DNA of 58,912 bases from Acidobacteriota bacterium (GCA_041486695.1 JBGPLZ010000001.1:1-58912); one strand, 5' to 3'; positions 44,256-53,702 are shown, counted from the first letter of the stretch. Numbers and translations are program-made. Notes: generated by a model not told the origin, from the letters alone.

Positions 44256-45148
44256 TCCTTCTCCAGATCCCGGTGGGATGACTTCACCCGGTACCCTAGC
44301 GCGCGCAGGGCGCGGCCGATCGCTTCCGCCATCGCCACGGAGCGATGCCGGCCCCCGGTGCACCCGACGGCAACCGTCAAGTAACTCTTCCCTTCCCGCA
44401 GGTACTTGGGGATCAGGAAGGTGAGGAGGTCGACGATGCGATGCTCGAAATCGCGATACTCCTCCATCCCCTCCAGGTAGGCGGTCACCTCCGGATCGAG
44501 GCCGCTCTTCCCTCGCAACGTATCGATGAAGAAGGGGTTCGGAAGGAAACGCGTGTCGAAACAGAGATCGGATTCCGCGGGGACTCCATGCTTGTACCCG
44601 AATGAGAGGATCGAGATCGACAGTGGCGAGGACCCGGGGCCGCTCCCGAAGTGCTCCTGGATGTAGCGTCGGAGCTGGTGCACGTTGAAGGCGCTGCTAT
44701 CGATGATCAGGTCGGCGCGATCCCGGAGCGGGGCCAGCAGCTGGCGTTCGCGGCGTATCCCCTCTTCGAGCGTCCCGTGCTCCGCGAGCGGATGGGGTCT
44801 CCGGGTCTCCGAGAAGCGCCGGATCAGCGCCTCGTCGTCGGCCTCGAAGAAGAGCAGCCGGGCGCGGCGGCGCTCGTCCTTCCTGAGAGCGTCGAAGATG
44901 GCCGGGAAGTCGCCGAGAAAAGTTCCTTCCCGGACGTCGACCACCAGTGCGGCGCGCGGGATCTCCGTGCGATTGCGCGCACACAGGTCGGCGAACACCG
45001 GGATGAGGGCGACCGGGAGATTGTCCACGCAGAAGTAGCCCTGGTCCTCGAAGGCCCGGATGGCCAGGGTCTTGCCGGCGCCGGACAAGCCGGTGAGGAC
45101 CACGATTTCGACGGGCGGCTGGGGCTCCCTGGTGCTGGTCGCGCTCAC
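44252..45148 (-). CDS. rapZ: RapZ/YvcJ nucleotide-binding protein
   Basis: TGLSGAGKT, CVDNLP, RRFSETRRPHPL, SFGYKHG, RFLPNP, GCTGGRHRSV. Confidence 0.95.
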   Translation of the reverse strand: MSATSTREPQPPVEIVVLTGLSGAGKTLAIRAFEDQGYFCVDNLPVALIPVFADLCARNRTEIPRAALVVDVREGTFLGDFPAIFDALRKDERRRARLLFFEADDEALIRRFSETRRPHPLAEHGTLEEGIRRERQLLAPLRDRADLIIDSSAFNVHQLRRYIQEHFGSGPGSSPLSISILSFGYKHGVPAESDLCFDTRFLPNPFFIDTLRGKSGLDPEVTAYLEGMEEYRDFEHRIVDLLTFLIPKYLREGKSYLTVAVGCTGGRHRSVAMAEAIGRALRALGYRVKSSHRDLEKE

Positions 45149-46098
45149 CGCTCGTTCCCCAGAGCCTCCCGGATCCGGCTGGCCAGCTCACGCGCGGGTT
45201 GGTATCCCTTGCGCTTGAGCAGGTAATGCCGGGCGGCGACTTCGAGAAGGACGGACAAATTGCGTCCCGGGCCGACCGGCATCTCGAGGAAGGGGAGCTG
45301 AACGCCGAGCAGCGTGTAGCTCTTGCTGTCGAGGCCAAGGCGGTCGTAATTCTTCCCGTCTTCCCAGCGGTCGAGATGGACCACCATCTCGACGTCCTTG
45401 CGCTCGCGCACCGCCGCGACACCATACAAATCCTTGATGTTGATGATGCCCAGGCCTCGAAGCTCCATGTGATAGCGACTCACCTCCGGCCCCGTACCGT
45501 TGAGGATGGTGCCGATCCTCTTCAGCGTGACCACGTCGTCCGTGACCAGCCGGTGGCCGCGCAGGACCAGCTCGAGGGCCGACTCGCTCTTGCCGATGCC
45601 ACTCTCCCCGAGGATCAGCACGCCGACACCGTAGATGTCGATCAGCGTCCCATGGATGGTCAGGGAGGCGGCGAGGCGCTCCTCCAGGTGGCGGCGCAGG
45701 ACATCGACCAGCGCCGCGGTCGATCGCGGTGTCGACAGGAGCGCGACGCCCGCGGTCTCGGCCACCTTGACCAGGTCGGCATGGGCGGCGGCGCCGTGCG
45801 TCAGGATGAAGCAGGCCACCTGGATCCCGGCGACCCGCTCCAGAACGGCACACCGTTGCTGAGAGGATAACTGCTCCAGGTAGGCCACCTCGCTCCGGCC
45901 GAGAACCTGGACCGTGCCGACCCGCAGAAGCTCGGGATGGCCCGCCAGCGCCAAACCCGGCTTCTGGATGACCGAGGCGAAGATGGGCCGGGTCAGCCCC
46001 GCGGTACCCGCCAGGAGCCTCAAGCCCAGATCGGACAGGGGTTCAGAGAGGAGATCACCCACCGGAACGGTGGGTCGGGGCGGTTCGCGCTGCTCCAA
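45145..46098 (-). CDS. hprK: HPr kinase/phosphorylase
   Basis: QKPGLALAG, HGTLIDIYGVGVLI, GESGIGKSE, DD, MELRGLGII, YDRLG, PGRNL; probable TTG 46098 with GGAGG SD, since ATG 46143 overlaps the -10 box. Confidence 0.95.
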   Translation of the reverse strand: MEQREPPRPTVPVGDLLSEPLSDLGLRLLAGTAGLTRPIFASVIQKPGLALAGHPELLRVGTVQVLGRSEVAYLEQLSSQQRCAVLERVAGIQVACFILTHGAAAHADLVKVAETAGVALLSTPRSTAALVDVLRRHLEERLAASLTIHGTLIDIYGVGVLILGESGIGKSESALELVLRGHRLVTDDVVTLKRIGTILNGTGPEVSRYHMELRGLGIINIKDLYGVAAVRERKDVEMVVHLDRWEDGKNYDRLGLDSKSYTLLGVQLPFLEMPVGPGRNLSVLLEVAARHYLLKRKGYQPARELASRIREALGNER

Positions 46099-46141
46099 CC
46101 TCGTCCTCCGCGCGCTCCCGGTGAAGCCGGAACTCGCGGGC

Positions 46142-46170
46142 ATTCTAGGGGATGACTCCCGGGCTGTCAA
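46142..46170 (-). promoter_or_regulatory. Sigma-70 promoter of the hprK-PTS operon
   Basis: TTGACA, 17 nt, TAGAAT. Confidence 0.75.
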
Positions 46171-46228
46171 GAAAACTGCCGAAACGCGGCCTGCCGCGGA
46201 GCGCGGAATAAACGGGGCGAAACCTCGA

Positions 46229-46257
46229 TTGACCCTTTGCAGGGCCGGTGGTATCTT
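46229..46257 (+). promoter_or_regulatory. Sigma-70 promoter of the GAPDH-II-like gene (divergent from hprK)
   Basis: TTGACC, 17 nt, TGn-TATCTT; AGGAG SD before ATG 46306. Confidence 0.7.
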
Positions 46258-46305
46258 CACTAACAGACCGCGCGAAACGGCCCCCTGGCGGGCAGGAGAG
46301 CGAGC

Positions 46306-47376
46306 ATGGCGTCGAAAAAGGTGGTGCATATCATCGGGACCGGCACCATCGGCGAGCCGCTGATTGGATTATTCGCCGACCGGAAGGATCAGCTGGGCTT
46401 CGATGAGGTGACGTTCCACAAACGAACTCCTCTGTTGACCGATAAGACCAAGGTCACGAGCTTGATACGTCGTGGCGCCCGACTGGCGTGTGACGACCCG
46501 TCCCGCAAGGGGTTCCGGGATCTGGGCATCGAGGCGGCCTACGAGCACCACGAGGCCCTCCGGCAGGCGACCGTCGTCATCGACTGCACCCCCTCTGACG
46601 TCGGGCTCCAGAACAAGAAGGAAATCTACGAAAAGTACGCCCACAATACCCTCGGCTTCATCGCCCAGGGCTCGGAGTTCGGGTTCGGCAAGATGTACGC
46701 GCGCGGCATCTCCGACCGGATCCTGCAGCACGGCGTCGACCAATTCATCCAGGTTGTGTCCTGCAACACCCATAATCTGGCCGTCCTCATCGACTTGATC
46801 GGCCTACGGGACGGCGCCGACAACATCGAATCGGGCCGGTTCCTTTGCATTCGCCGCGCCAACGACATCAGCCAGGATACTTCGTTCGTCCCCTCCCCTC
46901 AGGTCAACCGCCACAAGGACGAACGCTTCGGCACGCATCACGCCCGGGACGCCTGGCACCTGTTCAAGCAAAACGGCCACGATCTCAACCTGTTCTCGTC
47001 GGCCCTCAAGGTCAACAGCCAGTACATGCACGCGGTCCACTTCAACATTCGGGTCAAACGTCCGACTTCGGTGGACGTCATCCTCGACGCCCTGAAGAAG
47101 GACGACCGGATCGCTTTGACTCACAAGCAATCCGCGAACTCGGTCTTTTCCTTCGGCCGGGATTACGGGCATTACGGGCGCATCTTGAACCAGGCGGTCC
47201 TCGTCGTGCCCACCCTGACCGTCCACGATCGGCACGAGGTCGTCGGATTCTGCTTCACCCCGCAGGACGGCAACGCCCTGATCAGCAGTGTGGCCGCCGC
47301 CACCTGGTTCGTCTACCCGGAGTCGTACGAGTCGAAGCTGAACTGCCTGAAGGATTCGATCTTCGCGGAGGTCTAG
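46306..47376 (+). CDS. Divergent archaeal-type (class II) glyceraldehyde-3-phosphate dehydrogenase-like protein
   Basis: Colinear matches to archaeal GAPDH motifs recalled from memory: GTGTIG (GYGTxG), VIDCTP, AQGSE (FQGGE), VVSCNTH (VVSCNTT, catalytic Cys153), RRAND (RRxxD), THHARD (SHHGPD), YMH (LMH), PQDGN (HQESD). Confidence 0.8.
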   Translation: MASKKVVHIIGTGTIGEPLIGLFADRKDQLGFDEVTFHKRTPLLTDKTKVTSLIRRGARLACDDPSRKGFRDLGIEAAYEHHEALRQATVVIDCTPSDVGLQNKKEIYEKYAHNTLGFIAQGSEFGFGKMYARGISDRILQHGVDQFIQVVSCNTHNLAVLIDLIGLRDGADNIESGRFLCIRRANDISQDTSFVPSPQVNRHKDERFGTHHARDAWHLFKQNGHDLNLFSSALKVNSQYMHAVHFNIRVKRPTSVDVILDALKKDDRIALTHKQSANSVFSFGRDYGHYGRILNQAVLVVPTLTVHDRHEVVGFCFTPQDGNALISSVAAATWFVYPESYESKLNCLKDSIFAEV

Positions 47377-47416
47377 GAGCAGGTCCGAGGATTGGTATGG
47401 GCCGCGCGGACGGAGC

Positions 47417-48658
47417 CTACCCTTCGTGCTTCTTCAGTACGATCGCCACGTTGGTCCCGCCGAACCCGAAGGAGTTGTTGAGAGCGTAGCGGACCTTCAT
47501 CCGTCGCGCCTCGTTGGGGACGTAATCGAGGTCGCACTCCGGATCGGGCGTCACGTAGTTGATGGTCGGCGGCACGAGGTCGCTGTGCACCGCCATTGCG
47601 GTGATGGCCGTTTCGATCCCGCCTGCGCCCCCCAGCAGGTGACCCGTCATCGACTTGGTGCTGCTCACGGCCACCTTGCGTGCCCGCTCCCCGAAGACCG
47701 CTTTTAGAGCGCGGCTCTCCACGACGTCGCCCTGTGGTGTGGACGTGCCGTGCGCGTTCACGTAATCGATGGCGGAGGGGTCGATGCCGGCATGACGGAT
47801 GGCGCTGCGCATGACGCGGATCGGCCCGTCCCCGTCCTCCGAGGGGGCCGACACATGGAACGCATCCCCGGAGAGGCCGTAGCCGACAACCTCGGCGTAG
47901 ATCCGCGCGTTGCGGCGCATGGCATGGCCGAGCTCCTCGAGGATGACGATCCCGGCGCCCTCGCCGATCACGAAGCCGTCGCGATCCTTGTCGAATGGCC
48001 GCGAGGCGCGCTGGGGATCATCGTTGCGCGTCGACAAGGCTCGCATGGCCGCGAAACCGCCGACGCACAGAGGGGTGATGACGCCTTCAGCTCCCCCCGC
48101 GATCATCACGTCGGCATCGTCCCGCCGGATGATCTCGAACGCGTCGCCGATGGCGTGGGAGCCGGTGGCGCACGCCGTGCAACTCGCCTGATTGGGACCC
48201 TTCGCGCCGAAGCGGATCGACACCTGGCCCGCGGCCATGTTGACGATCAACCCGACGATGAAAAACGGGGAGATGCGCCGGGGACCTTCCTGCAGGAGCA
48301 CTGCGTGCTGCCGTTCGATCGAGGGCAGCCCGCCGATCCCCGATCCGATGAACACCCCCACCCGCTCCGCTTCCCCCGGGGCGATCTCGAAGCTGGCGTC
48401 GCGCAGAGCGATCTCCGACGCCGCGAGCGCATAGAGGATGAACAGATCCATCTTCTTGACATCTTTCTTGGGAACCCAGTCTTCCGCCTGAAACCCCTTC
48501 ACCTCCCCGGCGATCGTGCAGGCATACTCGCGTGCGTCAAAGCGGGTGATCGGACCGATTCCCGAGCGCCCCTGGATCAAGGCCTCCCAGTTTTCCCTGG
48601 TGCCGATCCCGAGAGGCGAAACCATCCCGAGCCCGGTGATGACGACCCTGCGACCCAT
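47417..48658 (-). CDS. fabF: 3-oxoacyl-ACP synthase II
   Basis: RRVVITGLG, TACATG, SRPFDKDRDGFV, NAHGTST, KSMTGHLLG, NSFGFGGTN; start re-called at ATG 48658. Confidence 0.97.
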   Translation of the reverse strand: MGRRVVITGLGMVSPLGIGTRENWEALIQGRSGIGPITRFDAREYACTIAGEVKGFQAEDWVPKKDVKKMDLFILYALAASEIALRDASFEIAPGEAERVGVFIGSGIGGLPSIERQHAVLLQEGPRRISPFFIVGLIVNMAAGQVSIRFGAKGPNQASCTACATGSHAIGDAFEIIRRDDADVMIAGGAEGVITPLCVGGFAAMRALSTRNDDPQRASRPFDKDRDGFVIGEGAGIVILEELGHAMRRNARIYAEVVGYGLSGDAFHVSAPSEDGDGPIRVMRSAIRHAGIDPSAIDYVNAHGTSTPQGDVVESRALKAVFGERARKVAVSSTKSMTGHLLGGAGGIETAITAMAVHSDLVPPTINYVTPDPECDLDYVPNEARRMKVRYALNNSFGFGGTNVAIVLKKHEG

Positions 48659-48681
48659 GCGTCGCTCCTCCGCCGCGACCC

Positions 48682-48918
48682 TCAGGCGTGCGTCTGGATG
48701 TAGCGGACAGCGTCGCCGACCGAGTGGATCTTCTCGGCGTTCTCGTCGCTGATCTCGATCTTGAAGGCCTCCTCGAGAGCCATGACCAGCTCGACGGTGT
48801 CGAGCGAGTCCGCCCCGAGATCGTTGACGAACGAGGCCTCCATCGTCACTTCTTCGGGATCGACCCCCAGCTGCTCGACGATGATCCCCTTGACCTTGTC
48901 CTCGATACTCTGCGCCAT
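48682..48918 (-). CDS. acpP: Acyl carrier protein
   Basis: [18 protein letters not shown]; ATG 48918 with GGAGG SD. Confidence 0.97.
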   Translation of the reverse strand: MAQSIEDKVKGIIVEQLGVDPEEVTMEASFVNDLGADSLDTVELVMALEEAFKIEISDENAEKIHSVGDAVRYIQTHA

Positions 48919-48992
48919 CGTTGTTCCTCCCCTGCCGACCCCGGCCCGAGCCACCCCGGTCCGGTGGACCAGGTCCGGTGCTCGACGGGCCG

Positions 48993-49021
48993 ATTATTGT
49001 TCGCGGCGTCCTACATGTAAA
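48993..49021 (-). promoter_or_regulatory. Possible internal promoter for acpP-fabF
   Basis: TTTACA, 17 nt, AATAAT, overlapping the fabG end; followed by a long imperfect hairpin at 48943-48991. Confidence 0.35.
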
Positions 49022-49763
49022 GACCACCGCTGATGTTGAGGACTTCTCCGGTGATGTAGGATGCTCCCGGACCCAGCAGAAACACGACCCCGGCGGCCAC
49101 ATCTTCGGGCGTACCGAGCCGCCCCAGGGGGATCTGGCCGGTCATCGCCTCGCGTGCCGTCGTGGTGATTGACCGCGTCATGTCGGTGTCGATGAAGCCG
49201 GGGGCGACGGCATTGACGGTGATCTGCCGGGAGGCCACCTCCCGCGCCAGCGCCTTGGTGAAGCCGATGAGACCCGCCTTCGCCGCACAGTAGTTCGCCT
49301 GCCCGGGATTCCCCATCAGGGCAACGACCGAGCTGATGTTCACGATTCGGCCGTAGTGCGCCTTGACCATCGCCGGCAGCGCCGCCCTGGTCACTTCGAA
49401 CGCCCCGCCCAGGTTCACGAGCACGACCCGGTCCCAATCCTCTCGCTTCATCCGCAGCAGCAACCCGTCTCCCGTCACCCCGGCATTGTTGATCAGGTGA
49501 TCGACGCGGCCGAACAACCCCAGAGCCTTCTCGACCCCCGGTCGGACCGAGGCGGGCTCGGCGAGATCAAACGGCACGACCTCGGCCCGCACGCCCCGGG
49601 AGGAGCACTCGGAGGCCACGCGATCGAGAGCCTGCCGGTTGCGCGCGGCGAGGACGAGGTCCGAGCCTCGTCCCGCGCAGGCCAGGGCCACGGCGCGCCC
49701 AATGCCGCGCGATGCTCCGGTCACGAGCGTCACGCGTCCGGCGAGATCCCGATCACCCGTCAT
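49011..49763 (-). CDS. fabG: 3-oxoacyl-ACP reductase
   Basis: TGASRGIG, NNAG, GNPGQANYCAAK, APGFIDTDM. Confidence 0.96.
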   Translation of the reverse strand: MTGDRDLAGRVTLVTGASRGIGRAVALACAGRGSDLVLAARNRQALDRVASECSSRGVRAEVVPFDLAEPASVRPGVEKALGLFGRVDHLINNAGVTGDGLLLRMKREDWDRVVLVNLGGAFEVTRAALPAMVKAHYGRIVNISSVVALMGNPGQANYCAAKAGLIGFTKALAREVASRQITVNAVAPGFIDTDMTRSITTTAREAMTGQIPLGRLGTPEDVAAGVVFLLGPGASYITGEVLNISGGLYM

Positions 49764-50743
49764 GCTTCCTTCTCCCGAAGTGCCGCGAGCGCGGCGGCCG
49801 TCGCCATCAGGCTGGGGGGATCTTCGACGTTCAGCAGCGTCAATTCGGGCGCGATCCGCCGGGCCAGGCCGGTGAGGATCTTCCCGGGCCCGACCTCCAC
49901 AAGAATCCGCACTCCGAGCGCCTGCATGGCGAGGATCGTCTCAACCCAGCGGACCGGACCCGTCACCTGTGTCACCAGCGCTTCCCGCAAGTCGGCGACG
50001 CGGCTGGTGGCGGTCGCCGTGCGGTTCGGCAGAACCGGAAAGGCGGGCTCCCTCATGGGCAGACGGGCGAGGTCGCCCGCCAGCCGCTCCTGCGCCGGCG
50101 CCATCAGGGCGCAGTGGAACGGGGCGCTCACCGGAAGGCGGATCACCTTACGAACTCCCCGGGCCCGCGCCAGAGCCGCAAGACGATCGACGGCCGCCGC
50201 CGTGCCTGCCACCACCGTCTGATCGGGCGCGTTCAGGTTTGCGGGGGAGAGAACCTCCCCGGCGGCCGCTTCGCGACAGAGATCGGCGACCTTCTCGAGT
50301 GGCGTGCCGAGCAGGGCCAGCATCGCCCCCTGCCCGACCGGGACGGCCTCCTGCATATATTCGCCGCGCCTCCGGACGGTACGCACCGCGTCCTCGATCT
50401 CGAGAGCCCCGGCCGCCACCAGCGCCGAGTATTCTCCAAGGGAATGGCCCGCGGCGCAGGCGACCGTCCCGGGAGCAAAGAGGCCGGGCGAAACCGCACG
50501 CAGAGCGGCGAGCAGCGCCAGGCTCGTGGTCAGAACGGCCGGCTGCGTGGTGGCGGTCAGCCTCAAGGCCTCCTCCGGTCCATCGAAGCAGGCGCGGCTG
50601 ATGGCAAAACCCAATGCGGCATCGGCGCGCGCGAAGACCTCGCGCGCTTCGGGGAAGGAATCGTACGCCGACTTCCCCATGCCCGCGGCCTGGGAACCCT
50701 GGCCTGGAAAGATGAGCGCGAGCCGTCCCGGAGAAGTCACCAT
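49760..50743 (-). CDS. fabD: Malonyl-CoA-ACP transacylase
   Basis: FPGQGSQ, TQPA, GHSLGEYSA, LPVSAPFH, VEVGPG; start ATG 50743 or GTG 50740. Confidence 0.96.
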   Translation of the reverse strand: MVTSPGRLALIFPGQGSQAAGMGKSAYDSFPEAREVFARADAALGFAISRACFDGPEEALRLTATTQPAVLTTSLALLAALRAVSPGLFAPGTVACAAGHSLGEYSALVAAGALEIEDAVRTVRRRGEYMQEAVPVGQGAMLALLGTPLEKVADLCREAAAGEVLSPANLNAPDQTVVAGTAAAVDRLAALARARGVRKVIRLPVSAPFHCALMAPAQERLAGDLARLPMREPAFPVLPNRTATATSRVADLREALVTQVTGPVRWVETILAMQALGVRILVEVGPGKILTGLARRIAPELTLLNVEDPPSLMATAAALAALREKEA

Positions 50744-51729
50744 CGGCAGAGGGCCGCGCCCCAGGTGAGGCCGGTCCCGAAGGCCGCGCAGAGCAGATGG
50801 CTGCCGGACTTGAGCAGCCCGCGGCACGCCGCTTCATCGAGAGCGATTGGAATCGAAGCGGCCGACGTGTTGCCGACCCGGTCGATGTTCACGTAGACCT
50901 GATCCTCCCGCAGGCCGAGGCGGGTCCCCACGGCGTCGATGATCCGCCGGTTCGCCTGGTGGGGGATGAACAGGTCGATGTCCGAGGTCTCCAGGCCTTC
51001 CTGCTTCAGGACTTCGCGGGAGGTCTCCTCCATCGAGCGAACCGCCATCTTGAAGGTCTCGTTCCCCTTCATCCGGATGTAATGGCGCCGTTCCGCCACG
51101 GTGCGCTCCGAAGCCGGCTCGCGCGTGCCGCCGGCCGGAACATAGATGTAATCCGCCATGCTCCCATCGGCGTGCAGCGCCGTCGCGAGGACGCCGGATG
51201 GACCTTCGCCTGCCGTCAACACCACGGCTCCGGCCCCGTCCCCGAACAGGACGCAGGTCGTCCGATCGGTCCAGTCGACATATTTCGACAGCACCTCGGC
51301 CCCGATCAGCAGGACGCGCTCGTAGCCGCCCGTCGTCAGAAACCGATCGGCGACGGCCAGTCCATAGAGAAAGCCGGAACAGCCCGCCGACATATCGAAA
51401 GCGGCCGCCTGGCGTGCACCGAGCTGATGCTGAATGAGGCAGGAGGTCGCCGGGATCGGCACGTCGGGAGTGACCGTGGCGCAGATCACTAGGTCGAGGT
51501 CGGAAGCCTTCACGCCGGCGGCACGCAGCGCCTCCTCGGCGGCGCGAGTGGCAAAGAGCGACATCGGCTCGGACGCGGACGCGACATGGCGCTCGCGGAT
51601 CCCGGTTCGAGATCGAATCCATTCGTCCGACGTATCGACCATATGCTCGAGGTCGGCATTGGTCAAAACCTTGTCGGGAAGAGATGACCCCGTGCCGCGA
51701 ATGACCGCTCGACGACCGCTGCGCCCCAT
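50737..51729 (-). CDS. fabH: 3-oxoacyl-ACP synthase III
   Basis: DTSDEWIRSRTGI, AGCSGF, FGDGAGA, PHQAN, GNTSAAS; start re-called at ATG 51729. Confidence 0.96.
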   Translation of the reverse strand: MGRSGRRAVIRGTGSSLPDKVLTNADLEHMVDTSDEWIRSRTGIRERHVASASEPMSLFATRAAEEALRAAGVKASDLDLVICATVTPDVPIPATSCLIQHQLGARQAAAFDMSAGCSGFLYGLAVADRFLTTGGYERVLLIGAEVLSKYVDWTDRTTCVLFGDGAGAVVLTAGEGPSGVLATALHADGSMADYIYVPAGGTREPASERTVAERRHYIRMKGNETFKMAVRSMEETSREVLKQEGLETSDIDLFIPHQANRRIIDAVGTRLGLREDQVYVNIDRVGNTSAASIPIALDEAACRGLLKSGSHLLCAAFGTGLTWGAALCRW

Positions 51730-51730
51730 C

Positions 51731-52783
51731 TCAGTCGCCCGCGGGCAGCGCCGTCGCGCCCGCGCCGGGTCCCGCAGCGACACGTGGCGCCAGAGCCGCG
51801 ATTTCGTCCTGGATCCGATCGTTGACCCGGTTGCGGTGAAAATCGATCGCCACGCGCACGGCATTCTTGATGGCCCGCGCCGAAGACCCCCCGTGACAGA
51901 TGATGGCCGCCCCACGGACTCCCAGGAGCGGGACTCCGCCGTACTCGGCGTAGTCGACCTTCCTCCGGAAGGCGCGGAAGGCCGGGCGCGCCAGGAGATA
52001 ACCGAGCTTCGCGCGAAAGGATTTGCGGATCTCTTCCTTCAGGAAATGGACGATGGCGTCCGCGGCGCTTTCCACCGCCTTGAGCGATACGTTGCCGATG
52101 AACCCGTCGCACACGATGACGTCGGCCTTGCCGTTGAAGATGTCACGCCCCTCGACGTTTCCGATGAAGTTCAGGGGCGTCTCCTTCAAGACCCGGAATG
52201 CCTCCCGGGTCAGCTCATTACCCTTGCTGTCCTCTTCGCCGATGCTCATCAGGCCGACTCGCGGCGCCGGCACCCCGAGGACTTCGCGCGCATAGAGATG
52301 CCCCATGATGGCGAACTGCACTAGATGCTCGGGGCGGCAGTCGATGTTGGCGCCGACGTCGAGCCACACCGAAGGGCCGGTGAGATTGGGAACCACGGCG
52401 CAGAGCGCGGGGCGCTCCACGCCTTCCAGGACCCCGCAGATCATCTTCGCGGTGGTCATCACGGCGCCGGTGTTGCCGGCGCTGACGACGCCCTGCGCGC
52501 GCCCCTCGCGGACCAGCAGGGCTGCCACGCGGAGGGAGGAATCCTTCTTGCGCCGGAAGGCGGTCACCGGGGATTCATGCATCTCCACCACCTCGGTGGC
52601 GTTCACGACCTCGATCGACAGACCCCGGGGACGGTGTTTCCCGAGCTCCCGCTCGATCTCCTCTGTCCTGCCGACGAGAAGAATCCGCACGCCGTACTCA
52701 CGCGCAGCGAGAACGGCTCCCGCCACGGGATGAGTCGGTGCGAAATCCCCGCCCATGGCGTCGACCGCGATGGTGGTCTCCAT
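51731..52783 (-). CDS. plsX: Phosphate acyltransferase PlsX
   Basis: IAVDAMGGDFAP, KKDSS, SAGNTGA, DVGAN, GEEDSKGN, GNVEG, CDGFIGN, HGGS. Confidence 0.97.
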   Translation of the reverse strand: METTIAVDAMGGDFAPTHPVAGAVLAAREYGVRILLVGRTEEIERELGKHRPRGLSIEVVNATEVVEMHESPVTAFRRKKDSSLRVAALLVREGRAQGVVSAGNTGAVMTTAKMICGVLEGVERPALCAVVPNLTGPSVWLDVGANIDCRPEHLVQFAIMGHLYAREVLGVPAPRVGLMSIGEEDSKGNELTREAFRVLKETPLNFIGNVEGRDIFNGKADVIVCDGFIGNVSLKAVESAADAIVHFLKEEIRKSFRAKLGYLLARPAFRAFRRKVDYAEYGGVPLLGVRGAAIICHGGSSARAIKNAVRVAIDFHRNRVNDRIQDEIAALAPRVAAGPGAGATALPAGD

Positions 52784-52904
52784 GCGACGTCCCTTCTCCG
52801 GGGATCGGGCGGCCCAGTGCCGCGGTCACGGCGTAAAGCGCCGACCCACGAGGTCGACGCTCGCAGAAGAAGGTCGGGACCTCGGCCTGGCCCTCACGCC
52901 AGGT

Positions 52905-53087
52905 CTAGACCTCACCCACCTCGATGACTTCTCTCCCCTTGTACTGGCCGCAATGCGGACAGACCCTGTGGGGCAGCCTGTCTTCTTTGCAATTCGGGCA
53001 CTTGGAGAGCGCCGGTCGACTAAGGCTGTCGTGGGCCCGCCGCTTGTCGCGGCGGGCACGCGAGTGACGTCGTTTCGGATTGGGCAT
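52905..53087 (-). CDS. rpmF: 50S ribosomal protein L32
   Basis: MPNPKRRHSRARRDKRRAH, CPNC...PHRVCPHCGQYKG. Confidence 0.97.
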   Translation of the reverse strand: MPNPKRRHSRARRDKRRAHDSLSRPALSKCPNCKEDRLPHRVCPHCGQYKGREVIEVGEV

Positions 53088-53105
53088 CGGATGTGTCCTA
53101 CCTGT

Positions 53106-53630
53106 CTAGAGAAGCTTCTTCAGGGCGAGGAAGCGGGGATCCTCGTCCCGCTCCTTCGGGCACCCGCAGGTCCCGTGGTTGAGATTCGTGCCGCAGCGCG
53201 GGCAGAGCCCGTGACAATCTGGGCGGCAGAGCGACTTGAGAGGCAACCCCAGGTAAATCTGCTCCCGCAGGAGTGCGTCCAAGTCCACCCGTACGCCGTC
53301 GTAATGGGTCAGAGTGATGCTCTCCTCATTGACCCGGCTCTCCCGTCGCATCGGGCCTTCTGGAGCGGTCGTGTACATTAGGTTGAAATGAAGATCCAGC
53401 GGCAGCGGGTAGGCCTCGAGGCAGCGGCTGCATGGAAGCGTCGCCTCCGTCTCGATGTCGCCCGTGAACGCCAAACCGCCGGAATCACGCAACAGGTCGC
53501 CGGTCAGGTGCGTCCTGCCGACCTTGACCACCTCGCCTCCTTCGACGGGAAGGGGGAGAAGCGTCTCGATCCACCTGTCAACGCCCAGGCCCTCTGGACC
53601 TATCTCCTTTGTTTCTATGAATATGCCCAT
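53106..53630 (-). CDS. YceD/DUF177 family protein
   Basis: CSRCL, LCRPDCHGLCPRCG.NLN, DPRF..LKKL; canonical position before rpmF. Confidence 0.93.
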   Translation of the reverse strand: MGIFIETKEIGPEGLGVDRWIETLLPLPVEGGEVVKVGRTHLTGDLLRDSGGLAFTGDIETEATLPCSRCLEAYPLPLDLHFNLMYTTAPEGPMRRESRVNEESITLTHYDGVRVDLDALLREQIYLGLPLKSLCRPDCHGLCPRCGTNLNHGTCGCPKERDEDPRFLALKKLL

Positions 53631-53650
53631 CACACCCTGACCGAGGGCGC

Positions 53651-53678
53651 ATTATAGCACGGGTCGAGCGTCTGTCAA
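53651..53678 (-). promoter_or_regulatory. Consensus sigma-70 promoter of the yceD-rpmF-plsX-fab operon
   Basis: TTGACA, 16 nt, TGn-TATAAT. Confidence 0.8.
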
Positions 53679-53702
53679 CGCTGCGGAGGGATGCCCGTGA
53701 GA

